DNA of 64,000 bases from Eledone cirrhosa (lineage: Eukaryota), in contig OZ024742.1 of the NCBI GenBank assembly GCA_964016885.1, forward strand, positions 20,088,001-20,152,000, read 5' to 3'. How positions within the stretch are numbered: position 1 is the first letter of the stretch; each line of letters opens with the position of its first letter. Of this stretch, positions 1 to 12,092 are shown piece after piece. The notes below the pieces were generated by a model that saw nothing but the letters and a program-made list of their open reading frames with translations, was not told the origin of the DNA and made no database searches. The position numbers and the translations under genes were made by a program.

Positions 1-2215
1 CCATCTTTCAACAAAATGCTGGGAATAGAGCACTTCCCTCTCTACCCTGATTTTGCTTTTCAAATGAAATTTGAAAAAGTTAATCAAGGCATCACCGAAG
101 AGGTAAGTGCTCGTCTTCAGCCCTTTCAAACGTGTCCACCATACTATCTCTTTCGCCATGGCCACCAGACAGATAAAAACTGCCTGCCCTTCCCGGCTAA
201 AGGAAGGGGTCGGGGCAATCCTCACGATGGACTCAGCTGATAGCTGGATCCGTCCTACACGTGACAGCAGGTGTTCGACATAAACCCACAAGTCAGCAAT
301 GCTCGGACACTGGACGAGTGCGTGCAGGACGGTTTCCTCGCCCTGTGCGCATCTCGGACATGCCCGGCTGACGGCACCTCCATGCCTGTAAAGTTTATCC
401 CGAACTGGCAAAGCACCCCGGTAGCACTGCCAGGCCAGGGATTTCTGGAAGTTGTCCATAGGCCCCGGCCGGAAAGTCCTTCCGAAGAGATTGGCTAGTT
501 GATTTTCGTCGACGCCTAGAGTTTCTCCAAGTACGTCGTCGCTCTTCCCCTCCACTAATCCCCTATAGAACGCCAAGGTGGAGTTTCCACCGATCACATT
601 GCCCGATTGGTCGAGGGCTGTGAGCGCCTGAAGACATTCCAATCTCCAAGCGCTCCCTCTCGGTCTTCGCTTGACCCAGGACTGCAGCTCCGTCAAGGAG
701 ACGAGCTGGGGAAAAACGTGTCTTGCAAACGGCGACCAGACCTGATCACCGTCGAGGAAGAGGTGGAGATGTCGTAGCCTGAGCGCGTGTCTGCGCATCA
801 TCAGCCACGGCATGCCCAGCCCTCCACGTAGCGGGTGTTGACAGCAGATGGACCGCCTGACCATCGGAGCGCGTCCCTTCCACAAGAAGCGAAAGAGCAA
901 ACGCTCCAGCGCAGTCAGGCGGGGCTTAGGACAAGGTACGACGGTCAGGCGGTAGTAGATGACGGATGCGATGTACGCATTCGCCACCTCCGCTCGACCT
1001 TTCAGGGATAGCTTCCTCTCGGCCCATTTCTGGGTGAGAGAAGCCACCCTGCCCGTCACCTCGTCCCAGTTTTTGTCCGTCTGGAGGTCTGGACCGAACC
1101 AGACACCTAGCAATTTAACCGGTCCGTCCGTCCAGCGCCCGACGATGCTGTTGGACGGCATGGAACTGCCTCTCCAGGTGCCGAGCTGCAGGCCCACTGA
1201 CTTTTCCTGGTTGATCATTGCTCCTGTCACCGCTTCGTATTCTCTTAGTGTAGTGCCGATCGCCTCGATGTGTTTGGCGTTCGACACCACTACGGTGACA
1301 TCGTCGGCATATGCTGACACGGATCTTCCGCATCCTAGTTCGCGCGGGACCCCCCTCAACGTCTCCAGTTTGTGCAGTAATGGCTCGAGAGTCAATACGT
1401 ACAATAGGGACGAGAGGGGACATCCTTGGCGGACCGAGCGCATGATGTTGAACGGTTCCGAAAGGTGACCGTTCACTCTCACTACAGAGCAGATGTCGCT
1501 GTGCATAGCAGCGATCCAGCCTCTGAAGACGGGCCCAAAGCCAGCCGCCCTCAGGACCGCCGCTAGGTAACGATGGTCGACCCCATCGAAGGCTTTCGAC
1601 TGATCTAAATTGATCAAAGATCCACCCGTGCCAGGTTCCCTAGCTCCCCTCTCTACGATGTATCGCATGAGGTGGAGGTTGTCGTGGATGGATCTGTCGG
1701 GAATGGCGCATGTCTGTGCCTCTCCCACCAGACCACCAACGACAAGCGCCAACCTCTTTGCTAGCACCTTGGCCAAAATCTTGAACTCTGTGTTTAGCAG
1801 AGTTATGGGCCTAAAATTATCTATGTTATCCCCCTTGTTCGGATCCTTTCTCAGCAGCGCCACCGCTCCTCGGCTCACAGAGCTGGGAATTCTCCCGTTC
1901 TGTTGCCAGTTACAGTAGACGTCCGCCAAGAGGCCTCCGAACAAGTCTGGCATTTGTACGTAAAGTTCATAGGGCAGACCATCCAAACCAGGCGATTTAC
2001 CCCTTGTGCAGCCAGTCATTGCCTCCCGTACTTCAGCGGTTGTTATCGGCTTTTCGCAACACTCCGCCTCAGTGGCCGAAAGCCGCGGCAGTCCGTCGAA
2101 GTAGACACTAAAGTCCATCCCTCGATCCGGCCCGCCACTTCCCCCGAACAGTTGAGCGAAGTGTCGCTGAAAAGCTTCACACATTTGCCCGGGATCGAGT
2201 AGCATGCGCCCGTCG
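1..2215 (-). mobile_element. L1/Tx1-clade LINE, 5'-truncated ORF2 (RT + C-terminal Cys/His region), running off the window start
   Basis: Bases 1-1660 are the near-identical reverse complement of the 4267-5925 copy (QGCPLS, YADD motifs). Extra upstream RT sequence (FRPITLLN, RSIHDNLHLMR). The 5' junction abuts (TAA)n at 2216. Confidence 0.9.
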
Positions 2216-2244
2216 TAATAATAATAATAATAATAATGATGTCC

Positions 2245-2363
2245 GTTTACAATTGTTTCGCTACTCTATATAATGTTTCTGGATCAAATGATTATAGATC
2301 ATTATTGATCTGGTTCAGTTGAAGATAATTAACTTAGGTAAAATTGGAGCAGTTCATCGGAAC
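2245..2363 (-). ncRNA. Hammerhead ribozyme-like motif (type I, CCGAUGA core variant, long stem II)
   Basis: Minus strand reads guu CCGAUGA a cugcucca...uagaguag c GAAAC AAUU GUA aac, with a palindromic stem III (ACAAUUGU). Confidence 0.6.
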
Positions 2364-2538
2364 TTCAAAAGGAATATAAATTAAGGTAAAAAAAGATGGT
2401 TACATGAATGTAATGTTCCATATATTGGTATTTCACTATGGTGTCCTGGGTACCTTAATTTATATTCCTTTTGAAGTTACGATGAACTGCTCCAATTTTA
2501 CCTAAGTTAATTATCTTCAATTGAACCAGATCAATAAT

Positions 2539-2640
2539 TGTTTCTACTTTAGGCACAAGGCCAGCAATTACCCAGTGCATTACTGGTACTTTATTTTATC
2601 GACCCCGTAAGGATGAAAGGCAAAGTCAACCTCGGCGGGA
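2539..2640 (-). mobile_element. 5'-truncated tRNA-derived SINE with 9-bp TSD
   Basis: Matches the abundant SINE in the window. TSD atcaataat at 2530-2538 and 2642-2650. Confidence 0.85.
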
Positions 2641-2738
2641 TATCAATAATGATCTATAATCATTTGATCCAGAAACATTATATGGAGTAGCGAAACAATT
2701 GTAAACGGATATTATTAGTATTATTATTATTATTATTA

Positions 2739-4249
2739 CTCTTTGAGTCTCAGTCATTGATGTTAGTTAACTGGAAAGTTTGTTGAAATGAATATCAAGC
2801 CACTACCTGCAGCCTCAGATATTCAGGACGTATCGGAGGGTTCTTGCTGTTCCCAGCAAGCATGCCTTTTGAAGCGTTCCAAAAAGCGTGAAGGGGCCAA
2901 TTTTCTTTAACCATCCCTGGAAACTTTTTGAGATAGTCCCTAGTGCGCCTATGACAATCGGGATCACTTTGACTTCATGGCAGTTCCAAATCCTTTTTAC
3001 CTCCCACTCTAAGTCCTGGGGGCAGGCCACATCCACAATCAGGCACGATCTTTTTTCTTTGTTCACAACCACCAGGTCAGGTCTATTGTGTTCCAGTTTC
3101 TTGTCCGTCTGTATCCTAAAATCCCACAGCACCTTCACCTGATCGTTTTCTATCACCGCCTCTGGCTTATGCTCATACCACTTCTCAGAATGTGGTAAAT
3201 TGTTTACTTTGAATAGGTGCCAGTGGATCACTCTGCCCATCACATCATGTCTCCAGCCCTTATAGTGAATCTGGGCTAGGTGTTTACACTCAGATACAAT
3301 GTGAGCCACAGTCTCCTCTCTCTCTCCACAGATCCTGCACAGTGGGCTAGCCTCCTCCTTGTAAATATGGTGTTTCAACCACTTCGTTTTGAGGGCCTGC
3401 TCCTGCGCAGCCTTTTTAAGGTCTCCTCTTTTCAACCAGTTCCATGTCTGTGGATCTCTAAATTCAGTTTTCTCAAAGAAGGTACTATGAAGGGATTTTT
3501 CCTGAAGGCTGCTCTTTCTCCTTGATGTTATTTCCTCCTTGGACATCCCCTGGCCTATTGTCCCCTACTTCAGTACAGTTCTGAGCATTGGCTCCTTACT
3601 ATTAGTCACGTATTTGTGTAGGTTGTTTTTCTCCATCTGAACACAATCCTCTATGCTGATAAGACCTCTTCCACCTTCAGATCTCCTTAAGTAGAGTCTA
3701 TCGACATCACTCCTCTTGTGGAACATGTTGTAGATAGTCAATAGCTTCCTAGTCTTCCTATCCATTTCTTTTTGTTCAGCAACATTCCATCTCAGAATTC
3801 CCGCACTGTACCTAATAATAGACACAGCTCGGGAATTTACTGCACTTATGGCATTCCTACTGTTCAGATGTGACTTTAATACGCTCCTTACTCACCGAAT
3901 GTATTCAGTTCTTATCAATTCCTTCATTTTTTTGTTCTTGATGTCATGTGCCTCCAGAACACCTAACTATTTGTATCCCTCTTCAGTGTCAATTTCCTTT
4001 ATCATCTCACCTGTTGGTACCCGGATTCCGTTACTGCTGCTCAATTTACCCCTCTTCATCACAAGGACTCCACACTTATTAACACCAAATTGCATACATA
4101 TAGCATTGCTGAAAATACGGACAGTGTCAACAAGTACATCCAACTCCTTCTCACTCTTCCCGAAGAGCTTCAGATCGTCCATGAAGAGGAGGTGGTTGAT
4201 GGTAAGCTCTCCCTTTCCCAACTTGTATCCTGCTCTCACTTTTCGCAGT
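2739..4249 (-). mobile_element. R4/Dong-like non-LTR retrotransposon fragment (RT end + CCHC + restriction-like endonuclease), pseudogenised
   Basis: Motifs HLLFMDDLK, RLYL.R..GGRGL, CRICG..EETVAHIVSEC, RHD and RPDLVVV..IVDVACP. Contains stops and internal deletions relative to the 6258-6920 copy. (TTA)n on both sides. Confidence 0.88.
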
Positions 4250-4266
4250 ATTTATTATTATTATTA

Positions 4267-6224
4267 TCGTAGAGAGGGTAGCTAGGGAACCTAGCACGGG
4301 TGGGTCTTTGATCAATTTAGATCAGTCGAAAGCCTTCGATAGGGTCGACCATCGTTACCTAGCGGCAGTCCTGAGGGCGGCTGGCTTTGGGCCCGTCTTC
4401 AGAGGCTGGATCGCTGCCATGCACAGCGACATCTGCTCTGTAGTGAGAGTGAACGGTCACCTTTCGGAACCGTTCAACATCATGCGCTCGGTCCGCCAAG
4501 GATGTCCCCTCTCGTCCCTATTGTACGTATTGACTCTCGAGCCATTACTGCACAAACTGGAGACGTTGAGGGGGGTCCCGCGCGAACTAGGATGCGGAAG
4601 ATCCGTGTCAGCATATGCCGACGATGTCACCGTAGTGGTGTCGAACGCCAAACACATCGAGGCGATCGGCACAACACTAAGAGAATACGAAGCGGTGACA
4701 GGAGCAATGATCAACCAGGAAAAGTCAGTGGGCCTGCAGCTCGGCACCTGGAGAGGCAGGTCCATGCCGTCCAACAGCGTCGTCGGGCGCTGGACGGACG
4801 GACCGGTTAAATTGCTAGGGGTCTGGTTCGGTCCAGACCTCCAGACGGACAAAAACTGGGACGAGGTGACGAGCAGGGTGGCTTCTCTCACCCAGAAATG
4901 GGCGGAGAGGAAGCTATCCCTGAAAGGTCGAGCGGAGGTGGCGAATGCGTACATCGCATCCGTCATCTACTACCGCCTGACCGTCGTACCTTGTCCTAAG
5001 CCCCGCCTGACTGCGCTGGAGCGTTTGCTCTTTCGCTTCTTGTGGAAGGGACGCGCTCCGATGGTCAGGCGGTCCATCTGCTGTCAACACCCGCTACGTG
5101 GAGGGCTGGGCATGCCGTGGCTGATGATGCGCAGACACGCGCTCAGGCTACGACATCTCCACCTCTTCTTCGACGGTGATCAGGTGTGGTCGCCGTTTGC
5201 AAGACACGTTTTTCCCCAGCTCGTCTCCTTGACGGAGCTGCAGTCCTGGGTCAAGCGAAGACCGAGAGGGAGCGCTTGGAGACTGGAATGTCTTCAGGCG
5301 CTCACAGCCCTCGACCAATCGGGCAATGTGATCGGTGGAAACTCCACCTTGGCGTTCTATAGGGGATTAGTGGAGGGGAAGAGCGACGACGTACTTGGAG
5401 AAACTCTAGGCGTCGACGAAAATCAACTAGCCAATCTCTTCGGAAGGACTTTCCGGCCGGGGCCTATGGACAACTTCCAGAAATCCCTGGCCTGGCAGTG
5501 CTACCGAGGAGCTTTGCCAGTTCGGGATAACCTCTACAGGCATGGAGGTGCCGTCAGCCGGGCATGTCCGAGATGCGCGCAGGGCGACGAAACCGTCCTG
5601 CACGCACTCGTCAAGTGTCCGAGCATTGCTGACTTGTGGGTTTATGTCGAACACCTGCTGTCACGTGTAGGACCTATCCAGCTATCAGCTGAGTCCATCG
5701 TGAGGATTGCCCCGCCCCCTTCCTTTAGCCTGGAAGGGCAGGCAGTTTTTATCTGTCTGGTGGCCATGGCGAAAGAGATAGTATGGTGGACACGTTTGAA
5801 AGGGCTGAAGACGAGCACTTACCTCTTCGGTGATGCCCTGATTAACTTTTTCAAATTTCATTTGAAAAGGAAAATCAGGGTAGAGAGGGAAGTGCTCTCT
5901 TCCCAGCATTTTGTTGAAAGATGGGTGAGAGAAGCAAGTATGGCCCGAATGAATGGGCCTTCTCTGAGTATGTGTCTGTAAATTAAAGGTGGAAAACTGG
6001 GAGAGGGCACTTGTCCTGGTGGTCAGGGCCACTGTGGTCTTTTAATGGGTTTTCTCCACAAATGTCCCTTGGAAGTCTCCCTCCTATTGGGGAATTTTTC
6101 TTTGTTATTTTATTTCAACCTCTGTTTTTTTACACGCAGAAATGCCCATTTGTACCGTCCTGTATTGTCCTGTACTGTCCTTAATGTCTACTTTATGTGA
6201 ACCCTTGTGGTCAATAAAGAAAAC
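4267..6224 (+). mobile_element. L1/Tx1-clade LINE, 5'-truncated, open reading frame to 5981, 3' UTR with AATAAA
   Basis: 557-aa ORF with LDQSKAFDRVDH, QGCPLS, YADD and CPRC..ETVLHALVKC. AATAAA at 6213. (ATT)n on both flanks. Confidence 0.92.
4308..5981 (+). CDS. LINE ORF2 C-terminal half (reverse transcriptase + zf-RVT-like region), truncated
   Basis: ORF track, 557 aa, with RT motifs as above. The start is an artefact of 5' truncation. Confidence 0.85.
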   Translation: MINLDQSKAFDRVDHRYLAAVLRAAGFGPVFRGWIAAMHSDICSVVRVNGHLSEPFNIMRSVRQGCPLSSLLYVLTLEPLLHKLETLRGVPRELGCGRSVSAYADDVTVVVSNAKHIEAIGTTLREYEAVTGAMINQEKSVGLQLGTWRGRSMPSNSVVGRWTDGPVKLLGVWFGPDLQTDKNWDEVTSRVASLTQKWAERKLSLKGRAEVANAYIASVIYYRLTVVPCPKPRLTALERLLFRFLWKGRAPMVRRSICCQHPLRGGLGMPWLMMRRHALRLRHLHLFFDGDQVWSPFARHVFPQLVSLTELQSWVKRRPRGSAWRLECLQALTALDQSGNVIGGNSTLAFYRGLVEGKSDDVLGETLGVDENQLANLFGRTFRPGPMDNFQKSLAWQCYRGALPVRDNLYRHGGAVSRACPRCAQGDETVLHALVKCPSIADLWVYVEHLLSRVGPIQLSAESIVRIAPPPSFSLEGQAVFICLVAMAKEIVWWTRLKGLKTSTYLFGDALINFFKFHLKRKIRVEREVLSSQHFVERWVREASMARMNGPSLSMCL

Positions 6225-6257
6225 ATTATTATTATTATTATTATTGTTATTGTTATT

Positions 6258-6920
6258 CCTTGAATCTCAGTCATTGATGTTGGTTAACTGGAAAGTTCGT
6301 TGGATTGAATATCAAGCCACTACCTGCAGCCTCAGATATTCAGGACGTATCGGAGGGTTCTTGCCGTTCCAAGCAAGCATGCCTTTTGAAGCGTTCCAAA
6401 AAGCGTGAAGGGGCCGATTTTCTTTAACCATCCATGGAAACCTTTGGAGATAGTCCCCAGTGCGCCTATGACAATCGGGATCACTTTGACTTCATGGCAG
6501 TTCCAAATCCTTTTCACCTCCCACTTTAGGTCCTGGTATCGGTTAATTTTCTCCCTCTCCTTCTCTTGCACTCTCGTGTCGAACGGGCAGGCCACATCCA
6601 CAATCAGGCACGATCTTTTTTCTTTGTCCACAACCACCAGGTCAGGTCTATTGTGTTCCAGTTTTTTGTCCGTCTGTATCCTAAAATCCCACAGCACCTT
6701 CACCTGACTGTTCTCCATCACCGCCTCTGGCCTATGCTCATACCATTTCTCAGAATGTGGTAGATTGTTTACTTTACACAGGTGCCAGTGGATCACCCTG
6801 CCCATCACATCGTGTCTCCAGCCCTTATAGTGGGTCTGGGCTAGGTGTTTACACTCGGACACAATGTGAGCCACAGTCTCCTCTCTCTCTCCACAGATCC
6901 TGCACAGTGGGCTAGCCTCC
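6258..6920 (-). mobile_element. Second R4/Dong-like fragment (RLE domain + 3' UTR)
   Basis: RHD..., RPDLVVVD...IVDVACPFD...EK..RYQDL. Flanked by (TTA)n at 6225-6257 and 6921-6972. Confidence 0.9.
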
Positions 6921-6973
<53 letters not shown>

Positions 6974-7235
6974 TACATTCCTTACATTAAACTACAACTA
7001 TGTTGACAATCTTTAAATAATGTCTTCCTTGTGAAATTTGTGGTCTTGTTTTGCTTAACTAAGGAATATTTCCAGCTCTGTGCACCTAACCTCTGCATGA
7101 ACCCAGCCACCTAGCTGCCTTCCACTGCATATTGCACATTGAGCACATGCCTTTACGCCTTTGGCTTCTAACTAATTCACCAATCTCTCTTCTCTCCTAT
7201 CTCCATCTCTCTCTTTAAGATTGGTTACTCTTGAA

Positions 7236-7269
<34 letters not shown>

Positions 7270-7585
7270 TGTATCTAATTATTTGCTCTAAATATAAACT
7301 GGAAGTGATCCAAGTTGGTGCCGAAGACACTTTGTTTTATGTTGCGACCGGTAGACAGTATCAGTAACGGTAAGACCACTAGAAACCTTGTTTACTTGGT
7401 CCTTATTTGACGATCTCCATCCCACTCGGTAAGTGAAGGACGCCTGAGATCTTGACTATCATATCTATCTTATCTCGCAATACTTTGAAAAGTAAGTTGT
7501 TTGTAGATTTACAAAGAAAAAAAAAAAGAAAAAAAGAAATTATATATGTTTTTAAAAAGGTTAAAAAATAGGATACCAAGTGTTA

Positions 7586-7651
<66 letters not shown>

Positions 7652-7819
7652 TTATATATCCTGTATCTAATGATTTACTTTAAATATAAACTGGAGGAGA
7701 TACAAGTTAGTGCCGACACTCCTTCAAAATACTATTGCCAAATTCACCGAGACTTAGTACTGATGGTGTTTTTATATGACCTAATGCTGTCATTATGTCA
7801 GTTGAGCTGTACGTTATAC

Positions 7820-8050
7820 CAGGGGTGGTGGAACTGAGAGGGGGGGGGGTTATATTTTTCTCCCCAAACTATCAAAACACATCTATTTGTATATGTGCTT
7901 CAATTTATGTACATGTTATGGTTATCCCATATCGAAGTTTTTAATATGTTGGTTGATATTTGATAGCAGCTAAACTAATCAATACAACTGAATTGACCAA
8001 ATTTCGCCCCCCCCCCCCTCCTCAATTCAGAAATGCTTCCAACGCCCCTG
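7820..8050. mobile_element. Putative MITE with CAGGGG-type TIRs
   Basis: caggggtggtggaac ... cttccaacgcccctg imperfect terminal inverted repeat. TSD not evident. Confidence 0.45.
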
Positions 8051-8284
8051 TCAGGGGTGTTATGTTGTGGGTTGTGTCTTTTTCATTGACTCGAAGTTAA
8101 CTACTAGATTTTGTCATCATTATAAAGAATATTATTTCCATGAATTAGTGGACTAATATGTGAAACAGTGACCCTATAAATTTTTGTAAGAAGAAACGAT
8201 CGAATTTCGTCAAATCGGACCGAGGAAACAATGTTTCCATTGGTCTTTCCAATTGCTAATACTATCTATCGGTCGCAACTCCAG

Positions 8285-8410
8285 GTAGAAGGAGCAACGT
8301 GAAATAAAATGTCTTGCTCAAGGACATAACGCATCGCTCGGTCTGGGAATCGAACTCATAACCTCACGATTGCGAATCAAATTCTCTAACCACTCGGCCA
8401 CACGCCTTCA
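8285..8410 (-). mobile_element. tRNA-derived CORE-like SINE fragment (second family; another at ~8790-8990 +)
   Basis: Minus strand has an A box (tggccgagtgg), a B box (gagttcgattccc) and tgtccttgagcaagaca. Confidence 0.65.
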
Positions 8411-9693
8411 CATTTTGGTTAATAAGTAGAAAATATCAGAGTTTTCTTTTATTTTGTTATTGATCCTTTGATTGTTCATATTAGTTTTCATACTGTCTCG
8501 GAAGAAGGGACGTGCAGAGATTTCGAGATACCCGGGACTAATTCCTTGATGTAGCCCTAAAACTCAGGTATAGGGTTTAGCACGGAGAAATGTAACGAAA
8601 TGATATATTTTAAATACGGGAAAACAGACTAAACATGAAATAAACACATCATTCAAATTAATTTAAAATTAGCTACATTTATTAAGCCCAGTTCCCCAAA
8701 AGTGGAATCTCCTGTCAGAAAATACTTCAACTACTTTCGTTTCTACATCACTTGTGAGTATTTCTTTTATAATGCTATTTAAAGCTAAATGGTTAACATG
8801 CTGGACTTACGATCATTATGCCATGGGTTCGATTTCTGGAGAGGGGGCTACGTTGTGTTCTTGAGCAAAACCCTTTATTTCACATCGCTCCAGTACACCC
8901 AGGTGAAAGTGAGTACTAGCAGTAGCTGGGGAATTAATCCTACGATAGACCGGTGTCCTGTCCAGGGAGAGTCTTGTACTTTCAGTCATTTAATGCTAAG
9001 GCAACCGATGTTAAGCACTAGCTTGATGAGTCTTTCACTATTATGAGAAATGGGTCCCACACGGTAGTCGCCCCGCGGCCCCAACAGGCAGAATAGAGAA
9101 CGCATTTCCCCGGAGGATGGTATGCACTGGGGTCGATTTAATCGACTTCCTCCTTCCCATAGAATTGTTGGCCTTGTGTCTAAAACAGAAACTATTATAG
9201 AATAAAGAAATCATTATAACAGGCGGAAATCCTGCTCTACCCCTCATCTTACTTTTGGCCCGCCGTGGTTGCTTCCTCAGGACGTAATGGACCTGTTGAG
9301 TCATTGAGCTTGAGACCACTGGTTCACGTGTTTTCTTGGTGCGTGGTTTAAACATATGTTGATGACTATATCGTTAAACTTCTGCCAAGTCACTTTGATG
9401 ATGTCACGATGTATGTGAAACGATAAGTCATGTCTAATTGCTCCCCAGTTTGCTTTATAAAGATTCCTAGAGTTAAATGGGTGGGCTGGGGTTAGTGAGT
9501 TTTATTTAGACATGGAATGTTAAAAACCTACATTGCAGTGTATCATCTTGAAGATTAACGTCCCTACCTGAAATAGGAATAGACCAGGAGTGGTTGCTGA
9601 ACAATATATCTAAATATTCTATCTTTTTGGCCCAAGTCCGATTTATAACAAAATACTTCACCCATAATGTTGGATAGTGTTTCAGTTAGTTCG

Positions 9694-9950
9694 TCTTCTT
9701 CTTCTTCTTCTTCTTCTTCTTCTTCTTCGCCCACTTATTCTTGAGAGCGTAGATTCCTCAAACACTCCTTCCAGCGAGTCCTGTCAGAAGCAACTGTCTT
9801 CAACTGGTCCGGCTGGATCCCAACGCGAGACCAGACCAGACAATCTCATGTATGTTATTCAACCATCCTGCTCGGTGTCTACCCATGGGTCTCCTGTCAG
9901 TTGATTTCCCCCGTAAAACCTGCCCTGCGATTCTTTCCTGTACACGCCCA
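9694..9950 (-). mobile_element. Degenerate LINE (RTE-like) 3' end with (GAA)n tail
   Basis: (CTT)n at 9694-9728 next to sequence reading ...DRTRWK... on the minus strand. Confidence 0.45.
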
Positions 9951-10211
9951 TAGTACTTGCTTTGTTTCACTTACTGCCTTTGTTTTCGTAAGGTTCACAT
10001 GCAGGCTGGACGGAAATAAAGTCACATAAAACAAAGTCCTAGGAAGTAAAATGACATTTTATTGAAATAGCAGGAATAATAGTTAAGGTAATAAAACAAA
10101 TATTATTTTAAATCTGATAATGCCTGACTTGAACACAATGACAACATATTATGGCATTACACATGTGAACAAAACATCACGTTATATTCAATATGGAACA
10201 TTGAAACAAAC

Positions 10212-10242
<31 letters not shown>

Positions 10243-10243
<1 letters not shown>

Positions 10244-10424
10244 GAACCAGTAAGACCCCGACAGCTGAGCTCAAGCCGTTTCGACGGCTAATTGAATTAG
10301 CCGTCGAAACGGCTTGAGCTCAGCTGTCGGGGTCTTACTGGTTCCTATTACCCACTCTACTACCTCAAGTATTGAGTACTTTGGTGCGTTATGGTCCACC
10401 TGGTTCCTTACCACATTTCCTTCG

Positions 10425-10427
<3 letters not shown>
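10243..10427. mobile_element. Hairpin element (family J) in (TA)n carrying the 3' half of a hammerhead; sister copy at 10476-10662
   Basis: Inverted arms centred near 10294 (ggctaatt g aattagcc), containing GAAACGGCuugagcucaGCUGUC ggggu. About 85 nt of extra tail on the right arm. Related pieces at 23535-23592, 25862-25965, 30638-30778 and 59555-59612. Confidence 0.8.
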
Positions 10428-10478
<51 letters not shown>

Positions 10479-10659
10479 AAAAGTATAACCCCGACGGCAG
10501 AGCTCAAGCCGTTTCGACGGCTATTTCTGAAATACCCGTCGAAACGGCTTGAGCTCTGCCATCGGGGTCATACTTTTTTCTATTTCCCACTCTACTACCC
10601 TAAGTATTGAGTACTCTGGTGCGTTATGGTCCATTTGGTTCCTTACCACAATTCCTTTG

Positions 10660-10696
<37 letters not shown>

Positions 10697-10704
<8 letters not shown>

Positions 10705-10930
10705 GAGAAGAAAGAATAATACTGCGTGGTTGCACATGGGTTACATATGATAAAAATAGTCCTTCGTCAGTGATTTTCCAACCATCATTGGTATTTCATC
10801 GCATTAAAAATCAAATACCTCAGGTTGGTGCGAGCAATAACTGAAACAACTTATTGGGACCAGTAATTCGCGTAAAGAGAGGGGGACAAGTAAAAAACTT
10901 AGAAGGATAAAAGCAAACCGAAGATAGGAT
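10697..10930. repeat. Dispersed (TA)n-embedded repeat, longer copy at 54940-55460
   Basis: Near-identical sequence starting aaaacatgagaagaaagaa at both loci. Confidence 0.75.
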
Positions 10931-10981
10931 ATATATATATATATATATATGGGGCAGCGATTAAGTTAGGTGTGTGTGTGT

Positions 10982-11014
<33 letters not shown>

Positions 11015-11201
11015 GTAATAATAATAAATGTGAAGGCTAAAATCTGAAGAGGGCTCGATAAGGATTATATATATATATACCGATGATGGCTGGAAGATCA
11101 CTGATGACCCTCAGTCCTGTCTTCTTGCTCTAATTTTATTCATATGTATCCCATTTGCAACAACGCAGCACACCATTTTTCATATATATATATATATATA
11201 T

Positions 11202-11563
11202 AGCGGCGATGAATTAGTTTAGCGGTGTTTTTTATATGAAATCGTGTGTCGAAACAGATATTGTTATACTTGGGGAGGATCATATTTGCGTAATATTGCC
11301 AGAATTAATAACAGAACACACTCACTGTTTGGTTGGTTTTCGCTTCTCGCTGTCTTTTATATCTGCGATCTAACTTACTCGGTCCTCAATGTTGCCATTG
11401 ACTGACCGACGGTCAAAAATAATACAGATACAATATAGACACAAACACATATATATAGTTTACATAATTTACATAAATCTTTCGTTGCACATCTGCAACA
11501 TCGTCAGTGGTGTTATATTTTCTTTTCTGGCAATATTACGCAAATATGACCCTCCCCAAGTAT

Positions 11564-11570
<7 letters not shown>
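11202..11570 (-). mobile_element. Non-coding pLTR-only derivative of the PLE at 17802-21749, with short inverted arm and hammerhead-like motif (11470-11511)
   Basis: Matches 21430-21749 in reverse complement. 11525-11570 is an inverted copy ending ataacaatat into (TA)n. Confidence 0.88.
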
Positions 11571-11615
<45 letters not shown>

Positions 11616-11619
<4 letters not shown>

Positions 11620-12092
11620 GGAAAAAATGAAACGAAATTTCATTTCCCACTCTTAGTACGGCTGTTACTTAAATATAAGTATGTATACGTACATACATAT
11701 ATGTATACAGACGTATCGTTTATCGTTTTCGGTACCCCGGCCGATTAACTCACTCGATATGCAAATTAGGCTGCTCAGCCGTAAATATGCATAAGTAAAG
11801 TATATGCTTTCAGACGTTCAACAATCTGGCAGGAAGGTATACGTTGCTGACGATAGCTAATAAGCTTGAAACTAGTACATCGTTCCTTTGTCAGTGTTGA
11901 ACAAATGAGCAACGATGGTTGCTAGATACTACGGCTTAATTCGGGATGTTTGTTTACAAACACACCGAGCATTATAATAAATGTTCGGTGAATCCATACG
12001 TACATATATATATATATGTGTGCATGTATGTATATATATATATATACATACTACTGTACGTCTGTATACATATATGTATGTACGTATATATA

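Larger units (their letters stand above)
2238..2710. mobile_element. Hairpin element with ~150-bp inverted arms, embedded in (TAA)n/(TTA)n; right arm interrupted by a SINE
   Basis: 2239-2387 is the reverse complement of 2451-2710 once the SINE is removed. The microsatellite flips orientation across the element. Confidence 0.85.

Noticed and set aside
959-2202. Plus-strand ORFs overlapping the LINE (and equivalents at 4457-6032 and 27028-29948)
   Set aside because: Antisense or alternate-frame shadows of GC-rich LINE ORF2.
7268-7720. ~60-bp direct repeat (7268, 7659) with CCGAAGA...GAAAC nearby
   Set aside because: Probably another (TA)n-embedded element, but the stems do not close convincingly as a hammerhead.
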